A DNA stretch of 64,000 nt, taken from positions 3,038,001 to 3,102,000 of the forward strand of contig OZ218955.1 of assembly GCA_965112735.1 (NCBI GenBank). Reading direction: 5' to 3'. Every line of letters starts with the position of its first letter. Within the stretch, counting starts at the first letter, position 1. Shown here piece by piece: positions 44,806-58,345 of the stretch. The translations under genes were made by a program, and so were the position numbers. Source of the DNA: Phaeosaccion multiseriatum (taxonomy: Eukaryota; Protista; Ochrophyta, other classes). The notes under the pieces were generated by a model. The model was not told where the DNA came from. It saw nothing but the letters and a program-made list of their open reading frames with translations, and did no database searches.

Positions 44806-47800
44806 ATGGGCAAGAGGAGGGTAGCAGGGGAGGAGGGTGAGGGCAGGAGGGTAGGAGGATGAGGGTAGGAGGGGAGGAGGATGATTTTAGGAGGGTAGGA
44901 GGGCAGGAGGGCAGGAGGGCAGGAGGGCAGGAGGCTACCGTACAGGTACACACCCCTTCCCACTCCCCTGCAGCAGCAGGCAAGACAGAGGTAAGCACGA
45001 ACATGCTCTCTCCTTCACATCCTCTGCTTGACAAAGCTTGACAGAGCTCCTTAAGTACACTGTAAGTATAAGTAAGTCAAGCTTGCCTCCCTCCTCTGAA
45101 ATGATTGAGCCCGCTCCCCCTCCCTTCCCTTCCCCCGCATCCACCATCCACTGCCATCCACTCTGTCTCGCCCTTCCCTACCTCCCCTCCGCCCCCCCTC
45201 CCGCCTCCCTTCTCACCCACCTGAGGTCACTGAGTCTGGTCTCGAGCGCCTCCACCTCTCTTGCTCGTGCCAAGGCCGCTGCCTCCAGCTGCTCCTTCTC
45301 CTTGCGGTACGCTTCCTCAGCCCTGCGCACTTTGTGAGAGAGTACTCCCACCCTGTCGGCGAGCTCCGCCACCGCCTTTGAGGGGGGGGGGGGGTAATGA
45401 TACAGCAGCAGCAGCAGCAGCAGCAGGAGAAGGAACGGCAGTTGGTGATACAGCAGCAACCGTACTGGTCTGTATGTCTGCTCTATCCTCCTCCTCCTCC
45501 TCCTCTCCCCCATCCACTGCCATCCTCACTCGCCTCCTCCATCCACTGCCATCCTCCCTCTCCTCCCTCACCCCCCCCCCTGCCCCATCCACTGCCATTC
45601 TTCCTAACGGACTCACCTCCTCGCTCTCCTCCTCCTCGTCGAGCAGCTCCAGCAGCTCCTGACGGGCGTCGTGCATGCGCTTCACAGCAGCCTCCTTCAG
45701 CACCTGCAGAAGATGGCAGTGGATGGTGGGCAGGACGAGGAGGTGTAGGAGGAGGAGGAGACAGAGGGGTAGGATGGTAGTGGGTGGTGGAGAGGAGGGG
45801 GAGGAGGGATAAGAGGTGCCAAAAAAAAATGTAAGCCCAGGCAGCAGCAGTTGGTGATACAGCAGCAAGAGGGAAACCCTGTGCTGTTTCTCACAATGCC
45901 AAGCCCCTCTCTCTACAGACCCTTCTCTCGTCTCGGTATTTACGCGGTGCACACACGCACGCACGCACCCACAGCACGCACACACCTGCAGGGCTGGGAC
46001 AATGGTTCCCTTGACGTCATTGGTGAGAATGCGGTCCTCATCCGAAACGGCCTCTCTGCACACTGACAGCTCGAAGTCCACTCCTGTGAATCGCACCACA
46101 CCACAGCAGTTGGTGATACAGCACGTCACACCACAGCATAGCAGTTGGTGATACACCCACGCCACATCACAGGATGACAGTCGGCCCATGAGAGAGGAGA
46201 AGGGGGAGAGGGAGAGCAGAGAGGGGGAGGGGAGAGGAGAAGAGGGGCAATAGAAGAGAGAAGGAGCGCAGAGAGTGAGAGAGGAGATGTAGAGAGGGGC
46301 AAGAGGGCAAGAAGCGACAAGTCAGGGAGAGCCCAAAGGAAGGGAGGGTGGGGTGAAGAAGGAAGGAGCCTTGATGAGGGTTGAAGGCCTCTGCACAACT
46401 AAAGCTGTGCAAACTGTAAACTGTAACTGTGGAGTGTAACTGCAACAACTGTAACTGCCCTCACCCGCGGCGTTCCTGGCTCCCAAGGGGATGAGCTGCA
46501 GCACGGCGGCCTTGCTGTTGTACGTGTGTACGGCCGAATCGAGTCCATCGAGGCGCTGAGCAAGCATCATCTCCGCCTCCCACAGACGCTTCAGAGAGAG
46601 AGACTTGTGTTCGGTTGCTGAGGACATGCCGTCCTTGAGCCGCTGCAGGGGTGGGGTGGCAGGGGTTGAATGGGGAGGAGGGGAGGAGAGGGGAGGGGAC
46701 AGGAGAGTAGAGCAAAGACATTTGAGTTTCAGTGTGTGAGGCGGAAGGGGAAGAAGGCTCTTCGCTCTCCCTCCTCCCTCCCTCTCCCCCTCTCACTTAC
46801 TCACTCACTTCCCCCTCCTCCCTCCCTCCCTCCCCCACCTGCTGCTCCCTGGCCATCCGCTGAACATCCTCTGCGCTGAGCTCCTGCCCCTGAATCCTCT
46901 CCCTGAGTGCGCTGATTTGCTCCTTGATAGCCGCCAGCTCCTCCTTCAGGGCGGTCTCCTCTCCCGTGCGGATGCTGACTTTGCTCTCCAGGCCTTGGCG
47001 GTGAGTGGTGAGCTGGGTGGGGGGAAGAGAGGGTGAGGGGGGTGTGAGAGAGGAGGAGAGAAAAGAAGAGGGAGACGGAGAGGGAAAGCCAGAGGATATG
47101 TAGAGAGAAAGGATGGGAGAGAGACACTCACACGGCGAGGGAAGGGGAGAGGAGGAGAGAGAGAGAGGGGACGGGAGAAAGGGCTGTGCTGACACACACG
47201 CACTCTCTCTCTGTGTGTGTGTCCTGACACGATCTCTTTGTGTGGCCTGACACACCTCCTACCTGTTCGATGAGTCTATCAAACTTGCCCACATCCCCCT
47301 CCAGATCCGCCTTCTTCTGCTGCAGCTCCGGCAAGAGGTTGGCCCTCCCTCTACACTCCTCAATGGCTGCCACAAGGCTCCTCTTCTGCTCCTCCAATGC
47401 AGTCACCTCGCCTTCGATCAGCACTGTCTGGGCCTCATAACCACCCTTCAGCTCCTGGAGGAGAGGGGGCGGTCGAAGGCGGGGTTGTGATTGGGGTTAG
47501 GAAGAAGGGGGTGCAGGATGGGGTTGGGTTGGGTGAACGGGAGAATGCAAGGGTAAAGCATCGGGGAGAATGCAAGGGTAAAGCATCGGGGAGAATGCAA
47601 GGGTAAAGCATCGGAACAGATGGATGGACGCGATTGCTCTTCTCTCTAGGGGATACCCACCCAGCCCCGCCCCGCCCCCACACCCACCCACCTACCCACC
47701 TACCCACCCATCCACTCCCCTCTCTCACCTCTTCTAACGCAGCGTATTGCTCGTCCTCCCCATCGAGAAAGGCCTTGTATGCTCTCCCCAGATAGTCGAA

Positions 47801-49152
47801 GAAGGCCTTGTCGTCGAGCCTGCCGTGTGCATTCAGGTCCGCCTCTGCAAGCCCCTCTGCGTCGGTCTCCCCGAGGGCACGTCGTAGCTGCTGGTCCGCC
47901 TCGTATGCTTGCACCTGTGAGACCAGATGGGTGGACGGTGGGTGGATGGTAGTGGATGGCAGTGGGATGGGTGGGTCGGTGGTTGGGTGGATCGGTGGGT
48001 GACACACACACCCACACACACACACCTCTTCATCATAGAGCAGCAGCTCGAGTATCCACGAGATGGCGGCAAGCATTTTGGGCCACGTCTGCGGCGCCCC
48101 CACCGCCGCAAGAGAGGCCTTGGAGAGCGAGAAGGGGTAGCCCATACTCTTGAGCATGGTGATGACCTCCTCCTCGAAGCGGCCGGAGGGGGCCGACGGC
48201 TGCCATGCGGGGTCATACTGAGAGAATAGGAACGTCATGATGTTGTTGAAGTCTCTGTGAGGGGTGGGAGTGGTGAGTCAGTGGGTGTGTGTGTGTGTGG
48301 GGGGGGGGGGGGGAGGGAGGGAGGGAGGAGGGTGTGAGAGGGTTGGTTATCGTTGTTGAGATGGAAGCAAGGAAGGAAGGACAGACACGGGTACAATAAG
48401 GGCTTGAGGAAGGGTACCGGCGATAGACTCTCTCGTTCGTTAAGCAGTCATCGTGGATGTGGGGCAACGCGAGGCCATTTAGCAGGGGGCCGAACACCCG
48501 CATGCACACACGTACACACAAGCCACGAACGCGTAGGACATGATTACCATCCCCCTGCTCCCATACACCACCGGAATCTGTTGCTCTCTTGCTCTGTCAC
48601 CAACTCATTCACTCACCTGCCACTGGGCCGGGTGAGAATCTTGGCGCTGATGGGCTGATCGTAGTTGTGGTCCGCCAGATACTCCACCAGCGCCCGGATG
48701 GAGGCGTTGGTGTACGCCCTGTCTCCAATGGGGCGGGGGTCGTTCCTGCCCGAGCCTGCTCCGTACGCACTGCTCCTCCGGACTCCAGACGACTTCCTGC
48801 CCCCAGTCCCCCCTGCCCCAGAGTGTCTGGGGGCGAGACTACTTCGACTGCTCGCGGTAGCGGCCATACTGCTGCGTCCTCCCCCCCCACCTGCCCCACC
48901 CCCTCCTCCTCCTGCTGCTGCTGCAAAGCTCTGGCGACTCGAAGGTTTGGACATAGAGGACATGACCATGCTCTGCCGCTTTGAAGCTGCCATTGACATG
49001 CGCCCCCCCCCTGCGATTCCCTGGCGAGAAACGCCACCACCTCCTCCTCCACCTGCCGCTGCTGAGCTGCCAAAGCCAGCGCTCATGGAGTTTCGGGAGT
49101 TGAGGGTGGATGCGCTCACCCCACCCAGCGTGGTACGCCGCCGGGCCGCCAT
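43999..49152 (-). CDS. NDC80: Kinetochore protein NDC80/HEC1, ~713 aa. Exons: 49152-48617, 48254-48026, 47914-47729, 47454-47263, 47012-46839, 46642-46465, 46083-45986, 45703-45617, 45375-45221, 44712-44553, 44145-43999
   Basis: Basic Ser/Arg N-terminal tail, then DPRPIGDRAY..., LTRPSGRDFNNIMTFLF, FEEEVITMLKSMGYPFSLSKASLAAVGAPQTWPKMLAAISW, FFDYLGRAYKAFLDGED and a long coiled coil. 2142 nt in frame. Confidence 0.93.
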
Positions 49153-50226
49153 CCTCTCCCCACGCTTGCTGCCCCTCCTACTGGAGGTGGCTGATCTGTG
49201 TGTATGTATGCACGCCGATCTGGGTCGGGAGATGCAAAGGGCGAGGGGGGAGGAAGAGAGGAGGAGAGGAATTGCTGTCAGTGGAAGACGTGTTGGCAGT
49301 GCTGCGTTGTTGCTGCCGCTGCTGCTGCCGTCCCTTCCCAGTCCACGGTGGAAAGTAATACTGATATAACTGCAGAGCAGAGAGCCTCCTTTCTAAAGGG
49401 ACGCAAGGACGTGTGAGTCTACTGACTGCTGCTGCTGCTGCTGCTGCTGGTGATGCACTTTCTCCTCAGAGGCGATGTTGAGCTGTCCCCTAAAAGCACC
49501 CTTCGCTAAAGCCCCTTGAGGCACCTCCAGTTGCCCCAGCACCAACCCCCGCCACCCTCCTCAAGTAAGAAGATCACCCTCTTCTTGTTACAAAGTCCTG
49601 CTGCTTTCCTTCCAACCACTCCCCAAGCTCTCTCTCTCGATCCCTCAACAAATCGTTTGAAGTGCTTGGGCTCCAACTGACGAATCAAACCTGCCTCCTG
49701 CCAGCTTATAGCCCCTACTCACCCTCTCCTTCCCAACTGACTGTTTCACACGATGGATGCGAGGCACGCACTCTCCAGCAGGACTCCTCCCGCTGTAGTG
49801 AATGAGGGACGGGGGTGAGCTGCCCCCCTGCTCTCGTACTATCGACTTTTTTTCAAATCGAGGTCGTTGGTATTTTTTTTTGAAAAAATAGATATCAAAA
49901 ATATCGATGTCGGCTCAGTGACAGCACTACAACTGTAGAAGAAAAGGAGACTTAGGAGGAGAACAAACAGGACAACGCGTTTAGTCCGCACCCGAGAGTG
50001 TTGTCTGCACTCACTACCAGCGTCCAGCTGCCCCACGACTGGCCGCCATTGTCTGCTCACTGCAGAGGGAGCGATATCGTCAACTGCCAGGAAAGGCCTC
50101 CACGCCATGCATCAACCACGCTGGTAGTGACTGCAGGGAAGGAGAGAGGGTTGCCACATCGGTGAGGCCATTTGCTTGTATCGCAGCAACAAGGGCAAGC
50201 ACATGTGGTGAAGGAAGTCAAGCACA
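49153..50226. promoter_or_regulatory. Putative bidirectional promoter between NDC80 and kinesin-14
   Basis: Divergent ATGs are 1074 bp apart. CHR-like TTTGAA/TTCAAA at 49656, 49852 and 49879. Myb-like YAACTG/CAGTTG at 49367, 49528, 49674, 49734, 49930 and 50081. AT-rich block at 49845-49905. Confidence 0.5.
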
Positions 50227-50835
50227 ATGTCATCCTTTCAAAACAGCTTGAGAGGAGGAGGAGGAGGAGGGCCTTCTTCAGTGCACCCAAGGAAGGCCAG
50301 AGGCTTGAAGGGGGCAGCAGGAGCAGCAGCAGGAGCATCATCGAAACCGGCGTTCACTTCCTCGTCAGTAAAATCCAGTAGTAGTAGCAGCAGCAGCAAC
50401 ATCAAGAAGAAGAAGCTTCCGCCAAGTCTGAAGTCGTCTCTGTTGGCGGCCCCAACATCAGCAGCAGAGGCAGCAGCAGGCGCAGCAGCAGAACCTTCAA
50501 CGAGAACACAAGCAGGGGAAACAGGGGGAGGTCAGCCACCTCTGGTTAAGAAGAAGAGCGTACGATGGGCGGCTGTGGAGAGCGATTGCGATGATGGCAG
50601 CAGTAAGGAGAACAACGGCGCCGTAGCCGTCCGCGGGAGCCGTGTCATGCCTCAGCATCTGCGAGTGGCGGCTGCCAACACGACGGCCACCACCATCACC
50701 ACCACCACCACCAGCAGCAGCAGCGCTAGAGGCGGTGGTAGTGGTGGTGGTGGAGGAGGAGGAGGGGGTGCGCCGATGGACGTCGCAAGAGTCGAGGAAA
50801 ACAACAGCTGCAATGCATCATCCTTCTCCTCCTCT

Positions 50836-50876
<41 letters not shown>

Positions 50877-53800
50877 AGGAAAAGGAGGGGCAACAGGAGG
50901 AGGAGAAGGAGGTAAGAAGCGTCCGGCCCTCCGAGGAGGAGCGCTGCGCGTGGCGACCCCGTCCAAAGCGACCAAGAGATTGCGCCTTGACCACACCCAC
51001 GGCGGCTCCAGTCTGAGGAGTCTCAATCTGGACGCTTTCAGTAGCAGCGGGGGCGGTGGGGGGGGCACGGTGGCGGCCGCGGCGGCTGCGCTAGCGGAGG
51101 CCAAAGCGAAGGCAGCCGTGGCGGAGGTGGAGGCAGCGGCGGAGGCAGCCGGGGATGTAGCAAAGGTGTGTGGTGCTACGGCTGGAAGTAGCTGTTTTCA
51201 GCGCCGGCAGGAGTCCTTCGATACTGCTGCTGCGGCGGCTGATTTCTCGGCTTCGACCTCATCTCTCCTCCTCGCCAGCTTTCGGGAGAGAGGAGTCGCT
51301 CGACAATCACAGCAGGAGCAGTTGGGGATACAGGAGGAGCAGCAGTTGGTGATACAGCAGCAGGAGGGAGGGGGAGGAGGATTCTTTGAGGAGAGTGGTG
51401 GCGACAGCACCGCCGGAGGAGGCAGCAGCAGCAGCAGCAGCAGCAGCCGTATGGGCAGCAGCTTGCGCTTCCAAACCTCCTCCCGTCCACTGCCATCCTC
51501 TTCCTCTTTCCTCTCGTCCACTTTCCCCCCTTCCCCAGCAACAACAGCAAGACCACCAGTTGGTGATGCAACAGTGGCCATCAATGACACGTCGCCATCA
51601 TCCCCGCTGCTGGGATTGGGCCTCGGAGTCGAACTCGGATTACCTCGTCCTCCCCCTCCTCCTCCTCCTCCTCCTCCTCCCCCTTCCTCCTCCTCCTCCT
51701 CCTCCTCCTCCTCCTCTTCACCTCCTCCTCATCCACCACTGTCCATCGACGTCGCCAAAGCTGACGAAGCAGCAGCGAGGGCCGAGGCCAACGCAGCAAT
51801 GCGCATGCCCACTCCGGGCATGGCAGGCCTACCCTACAACCACAGCAACCACCACGGGCCCCGGGGGGGTCCATCCGCTGCCATCCCCGCCCCTCTGATG
51901 ACAGCAGCGACGACGTCTCTCTCTCTGCCGCCTCGGACTCCGATACGGGGTGGTGGTGTGCCACGCACGCCCCGCAGCAGACCTGCGCCTGTCCCTCCTG
52001 GAGGAGGAGGAGAAGGGGATGGCAGCGGATGGGGACCGGTGGTAGCGGCGGCCCTGGCGGACGGAGGAGGAGGAGGAGGAGGAGGAGTGCCCGCAACGCC
52101 CACAACCGCATCCATGAGTATGACGATGAGTAGTCCACTCCGTGTGCCCCTGGGGAGGCCTCCGTTCTCTCCCGCCGGTGCTGCAGCAACAGCAGCAACA
52201 GGAGGAGAAGGAGGAGGTGCTTGTTTTCGAGTGGGAGCATCATCGGCAACAGCACCATCAGGGGGTATCGCTGGGGGTGACAGGATTGACCAGAGCTCCA
52301 CCACCACCACTGGCACCAATCGTGAGGCGGTGAAGGGGGGGGAGAGAGCGATAGGAGAGCGTGGCGGCGGCGGTGAGGAGGCGGACGACAAAGGCACGAG
52401 TACTGTGACCGTGCCTGGCAAGACCAAAGCCAAGCGCAAGTTTCCTAAGAAACTGACGGGTGGCGTTGGGAGAAGGCGAGCAGATTATAAAGAGCAGCTG
52501 GATGCAGAGGGGCTGCTGCTGGCAGAGATGGTGCGTGAGGTGGATAAGCAGGGCGTCGCTCTGGCGGAGCTGGCATGCCAGATGGAGGAAAGCAGGGGGG
52601 GGGGAGGCGACTCAAACACGGGCGGCACTGCTGCCGTACCACCAACTGCTACTGGTGGTGGTGGTGGTGTTGATGGGGGTGATGGGGGGGGAGGCGGGGA
52701 CAGACCTCGGGGTATGCAGGGCGAGGGCAGCAACGCGAAAGCCGATACCAATGATGAGGAAAGCATCAGCTGTAGGTCCTGCTCCAGCTCCGGGTCAAGC
52801 TCCAGCAGCGACGCGAGTGTAAGTGGGAGTGTGAATGCAGCGCTACGTCAGAGGGTGCAGCAGTTGCAAGACAGAGCGGCCAAGCTCGAGCAAGACAAGA
52901 TTACCTTGAGTTTGGAGCTGGCGCCGCTTAAGGGTCGCCTGGTGCAGAGGGAGGAGGCCTTTGAGAAGGAGAGGGGGAGGCTGGAGGAGAGAATAGGGCA
53001 GCAACAGGAGCAGCAGGACGCGAGAGGCAAGCAGGCGGAGGAGCAGGTGAGAGAGAGAGTGGAGGGGGGAGAAGGAGGGCAGGAGAGGGACAAAGCAAAA
53101 CGATCGTATCGCTCAACGCAGAAGGTAGAAGGAAGGAGGACAAAAGGCGAGAATGACGAATTGTTATTGTTGGCCGGTTCCTTGCTGTATTGTATCACTA
53201 ACTGCTGCACCAGGTGGCTCTTTTGCAGAGGGAGCAGGCTCACCTACGCGAGGAGAAGGCCGAGGCTCTTGCCGAGGTGAGGGAGCTGCGGAGAAGGGCC
53301 GAGGAGAAGGAGAGCAAGACCGCCGAGGACTTCTGGCAGAGGAGTATCGCAGCCACAAGGTGAGTGAGTGAGTTAGTCAGTGAGTCAGTGAGTGAGTGAG
53401 TGAGTGAGTGAGTGAGTGAGTGAGTTGGTTTCAGAACTGTCCGCCCTCTCTCGCCCCCTCCCCCTCTCTCTTGTTCCTGTCTCCCGCCCTCATTTCTTCT
53501 CTCGCCCGTCTCTCTCTTCTCTCTCTCTCCCTCGCTCTCTCTGCCTCTCTGTCTGTCCCTCCCTCCCTGTCTCCCGTATTGTGGTGTGGTGGTATATGTG
53601 TGGCTCACAGAGAGAACACTCGACTCGAGTCTGACCTGGCCACCGCACAAGCCTCTCTCCAAGCCGCACAGAACCGAAACGAGGAGGCCCAAGCCACCGC
53701 CGAGAGCGCCCAGATGGCAGCAGATGCCGCCCGGCTCCAGCTGCTTGAGGCCGAGCAGGCGCTGGGTAGAGTTGGGGAGCTGGAAGCCCAACTCGTGGAA

Positions 53801-56800
53801 GCAGAGGCGCGTCTTGAAGTGGTGCAGAGGGAGTTTGTGGCGGTTTCGGCCCAATTGAGTGCGACGCAGACGGAAGCGGCGGAAGCGAGGGGTAGGAATC
53901 GGGCCGAACGGGAGAGAGAGGCGGCGGAGTGGAGGGAGGAGAGGACCGGACTGCAGGGGCAGGTAAGAAAGGGAGAGTGGGAAGGGATGGGAATAGATTA
54001 TATGTATGTATGTGAGGGGGAAGGGAAGATGGTAGGGTGGGAAGGGAGGAGGGGTGACTGGCCTTCCTCGCGTGCATGTCTCGCGCCTACCTACTAGGCT
54101 AACGTGATCTGCCCCCCCCCCCCCGCCCCGCCCATACCCCCTGTCTTTCCCACTCAAGGTACATCGGCTGAGGACGGCGGTGTGCGAGATGGAGCAGCAG
54201 CAGTTGGTGATACGTCAGCAGCAGCAGGACACAGACGGAGGAGGCACAAGTGCAACAAAGTCTCCCTCCTCCGGCGCCAAAACGGCTGCTACTGTATCAC
54301 CAACTGCCGCTGCTGCTGGTGATAGTGGTGGTAAAGGCGGAGGAGGCGATGGCAGTGTGTGGGGAGAGGGTCTCAGCAGGTGAGTTTGGAGTTTGAGTTA
54401 CTGTCCACACAGGGAAGGAAGCGTTCGATCTTGACGCCTTGATGGCCTTGGCCAGGCAATCATTCATCGTTGCATGGGCTGGTACAAGCATGCACTGGAT
54501 GAGGTTGTTATAGTAGTCTAAAGCTGCAACTACCACTAAACCTGTAACGGAAACTGTAACTGTAACTGTAACTGCATATCTACAGGGGCGTGCTGGAGGA
54601 GCTGAGGCTGTCCAAGTGCCGAGTGACCGAGCTTGAGCAGAGACTCGCCGAGGCCGACAGGTGTAGAAGGGTCATGCATGACAAGATACAGGAGCTGCGC
54701 GGTAACGTGCGTGTCTTTGTGCGTACGCGACCCTTCCTCCCGAGCGACGACCAAGGCCAGGGCAAGAGTGACGGCAAGGGCAAGGGCAAAGACGAGGAGG
54801 GGGAGGAGGACGGGAAGGAGGGTGGGCAGAGTCCGCCGAAGGCTGTGGTCCGCTGCGGGGGAGAGGCAGGGACGGTTACGGTTATGCCTCCTCCGGCCAT
54901 GGGGGAGGGAGAGGGAGAGCGGCAGCAGCAGGGACAGGGGGCGGATGGCAGCGGACGGGTGCAGCAATCCTTTGTGTTCGACCATGCCTTTCCGCCGCCC
55001 GCCAGTCAGGAAGACGTGTTTGCTGAGGTCAAGGGCTTTGTACAGTCCGCGCTGGATGGGTACAAGGTGTGTGAGGAGGGGAGGGAGGGAGGGAAGAAGG
55101 GGAGGGTGGGCCGAATCGTCTTCAGCGGTGTGTATCGATTGTTGCTCTTCGCTTTCTTCTCACCCTCCTCTTCTCTCTCTCTCTCGCTCTCTCTCTCTCT
55201 CTCGTCGGTGTCCACCCCTCTCTCTCCCCCTCTCCGCCCTTTCGGTCTGTACATCCACCCCACTCACCCGCCCACATGTCTATCTGTGACCCACCGATGC
55301 ACCAACAGGTATGCCTCTTCTCGTACGGCCAGACCGGGTCCGGCAAGACGCACACGATGCAGGGCTCGGGGTCGGGTACAGGGCCAATGAGAGGAATCAT
55401 TCCGAGGGCCACGGAACAAATCCTGCAGAGGGTCGGGCAGCTGCAGGAGGTACGTAACCGTCATATGCTGATTAGGAAATGTTTACGTTTTGGCGATTGG
55501 CTTCTCCAACCGTTGTACGCGTTACGCCTCAACTCCACTCTGCCTTCTTGTCCCCCCTTCCTTCCTGGCTTGCTGTCCTACGTGCCTGCTTGCCTGCTCT
55601 GCACTGCTTTGCTTTATTTCGGGGTTATGAACACAAACTCAACACAACACAACACATTGTCTCGTCCTTTCTGTTTGTTTCTGTAACCGTAACAGGAGGG
55701 CGAGTGGCAGTACGAGATTAAAGCGTCTTTCCTGGAGATTTACAACGAGAGCTTACGAGATCTGCTCTCCTCAGAGAAGGACAGCAGCAATAGCACCAAC
55801 AGCGCCAAGCAGCAGCAGCAGCCTGGTGCCCTTCGGCCTGCCAGTAATGGCAGCTCCATCAGCAGCGGCAAAGGAAGTGCTGGTGCCGGTGCTGGTGCCG
55901 GTGCTAGGCGCAGCGCTACCAGCAAAGGCAGTGCTGCTGCTGCGAAGGGAGGAGGGGGGAAGCTCGCCATCAAGATGGCAACTGACGGCAGAGGTATGGA
56001 CGTGGCCGGGTTGCGCAAGGTGGCCATTGACACGCACGACCAAAGCAAGGGCCTCGAGCAGGTGAGGAGGGAGCCTCCCGACTGACTCACTCACTGACTT
56101 ACTGAGTCATTCTCTGACTCCCTGACTCAATCATTCACTCACTCACTTGCTTGCTTGCTTGCCTACCGACTGACCGACTGACTGTCTGAATCCCTCTCTC
56201 GGAGTCGCCATCAACGTTTAATAAGTCAAGCCTTGTTGCCGCCCTTTTTGAAAGCTTAACCCTGCCTCTCTCTCCCCTACACCTCCCCCCTCTCCAACCC
56301 CTCATCAATCTTCCTACCCCCCCCCCCCCCCCCCTCTACCTCTCCCTCCCACTGTTCCTACCCCCTCCCTCCCTGTGCACACAAGCTGTCCGCCGTCATG
56401 ACCCAAGCGAGTCGAGCGAGATCAGTGGCCAGAACGAACATGAATGCCCAATCGTCTCGCAGCCACAGCATCTTTAGCCTGTGGCTCACGGGTCGTAACG
56501 ACTCCACCAACACTACTCTGCACGGCGTACTGCACTTGTGTGACCTTGCCGGGAGTGAGCGTCTTGATCGCAGCGGGGCTTTGGGGGATTCGGTGCGGCT
56601 GAAGGAAACGCAAGCCATTAATAAGAGTTTGAGTTCTGTGGCGGATGTGTTTGGGGCGCTGGCCAAGAAGCAAGCCCATATACCCTTCCGAAACAGCAAG
56701 TAAGTCAGGGATGTATTGATGGGCACACTTTGTTTACGCCTCATTTTTTTTTTAGTCGTCTTACTGCTGCTTTACACGAGTATGTTGTGTGTGTGTTGTG

Positions 56801-56925
56801 TATTGCCATTCCGTAGAGAGCGTACATCAGGCGGGGGCGTCTTTGTAACGTACTTGCTTTTTTGCTTTTTGTGGTATGGCATGTGTCGCATCTCTTCGTG
56901 GTGTGGCATGTATCGTGATGGTGTA

Positions 56926-56957
<32 letters not shown>

Positions 56958-57137
56958 TACCTACCCAACCCCCCATTCACCCACCCACCCACCCACCCTC
57001 CCCCTCTTTCAGACTCACTTATCTTCTGCAGGACTGCCTTTCTGGGTCTGGCAAGGCGCTCATGTTGGTGAACGTGTCCCCCACCCTCGCGTCTCTGCCC
57101 GAAACGATTTGCTCCCTGCGCTTCGCCGGACAGGTGC

Positions 57138-57168
<31 letters not shown>

Positions 57169-57458
57169 GGCCATCCCTCCAGTGCCATCCGTGCGCCTTG
57201 TTTGTGGGTTGTCGTTGTTGCCATTGTTGTCGTTTGGTGCCCTGCCCTGCTTCTTCTCGGTTCCTCTCTCTCTATTCATTGACTTAACACACCACCAGGG
57301 CTCGATGGAAGGATGGCACTGTATGGATGGACACATACAGTGTATATCTCCAATCTCTGCTCTCGAACGTTGTCTTGGTTTTCGATCAAATTGAGTCGCT
57401 CCCTTACGCTACACTTCTGCCTCTCCCCCTCCGCCTCCCCTCCTCTCCCTCTGTCCCC

Positions 57459-57505
<47 letters not shown>

Positions 57506-57578
57506 CTTCCCTCGCTGCCTTCAGGTGAACCAAGTAGAGCTGGGCAAGCCGAAGAGGCAAGTCAGTTGTAGCAAGTGA
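50227..57578 (+). CDS. C-terminal-motor kinesin-14 (KIFC1/Kar3/Ncd-like), ~1666 aa. Exons: 50227-53046, 53229-53359, 53611-53962, 54159-54379, 54586-55066, 55309-55449, 55696-56061, 56386-56699, 57013-57133, 57525-57578
   Basis: Neck [24 protein letters not shown]-loop [58 protein letters not shown]. Long disordered N-terminal tail and coiled coil. 5001 nt in frame. Confidence 0.93.
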
Positions 57579-58345
57579 GCCTATGGGTTTCGCTCAATCC
57601 CTTTGGGCTACAACACGCGAACTATTCCGTGTGTGCGTGTCTGTATATATCGCCGGTGGACTCTTGCGTGTGTGTGTGTGTGAGTGTGTGCGTGGTGTGG
57701 CTGTGTGGCCGTGAGCTCTCGTTTCGGAACGTGGAAACACAAACTGCATTCCGGTTAGACAGAGGGGACCTGTGGCCATGAGTTACCATCGCCGCTCTTT
57801 CTTCTATTGAGGACCATCGGCCGATGGCGTATTCTTTGCATAATGTATGGGAGAGAGGGGGGGGAGGGGGCGTGGTGAAGAGAGTAAGAGAAGAGGGTTA
57901 AATAAACAATAAATTGGAAACAAAATAGCCATTTCTCATGTTTGAACTCCGACCACATGTTCATGATGAGAGCATGTACTGTTACTGTGCACTGCTTCTC
58001 CTCCCTCCTTCTTGTACAATCTCGCCTTCCCTCGGCTCTCCCTTCCTCACGACCTCCCCAACCCAATCGCAGCATGTAGCCAAGAACGTTCTTCAAGAAC
58101 GACGTTTGCGCACATACCGATGGGAGAACAAACCAACTCAAACTAATATCCAACTGTATCAGCACCACCCCGCACTATCATGCTGCCTAGTATATACATG
58201 GTGCGCGCCTCGAATTGCCCGAACGAAGCCTTCGCTCCAGCGCCAAACCATAGCGGTACTCTTGGCCTCCAGTACATTGCTGCTGCTGCTGCTGTATCAC
58301 CGACCGCTGCTGCTCCTGCTGCTGCTGCTGCTACCGTTACTCCCC

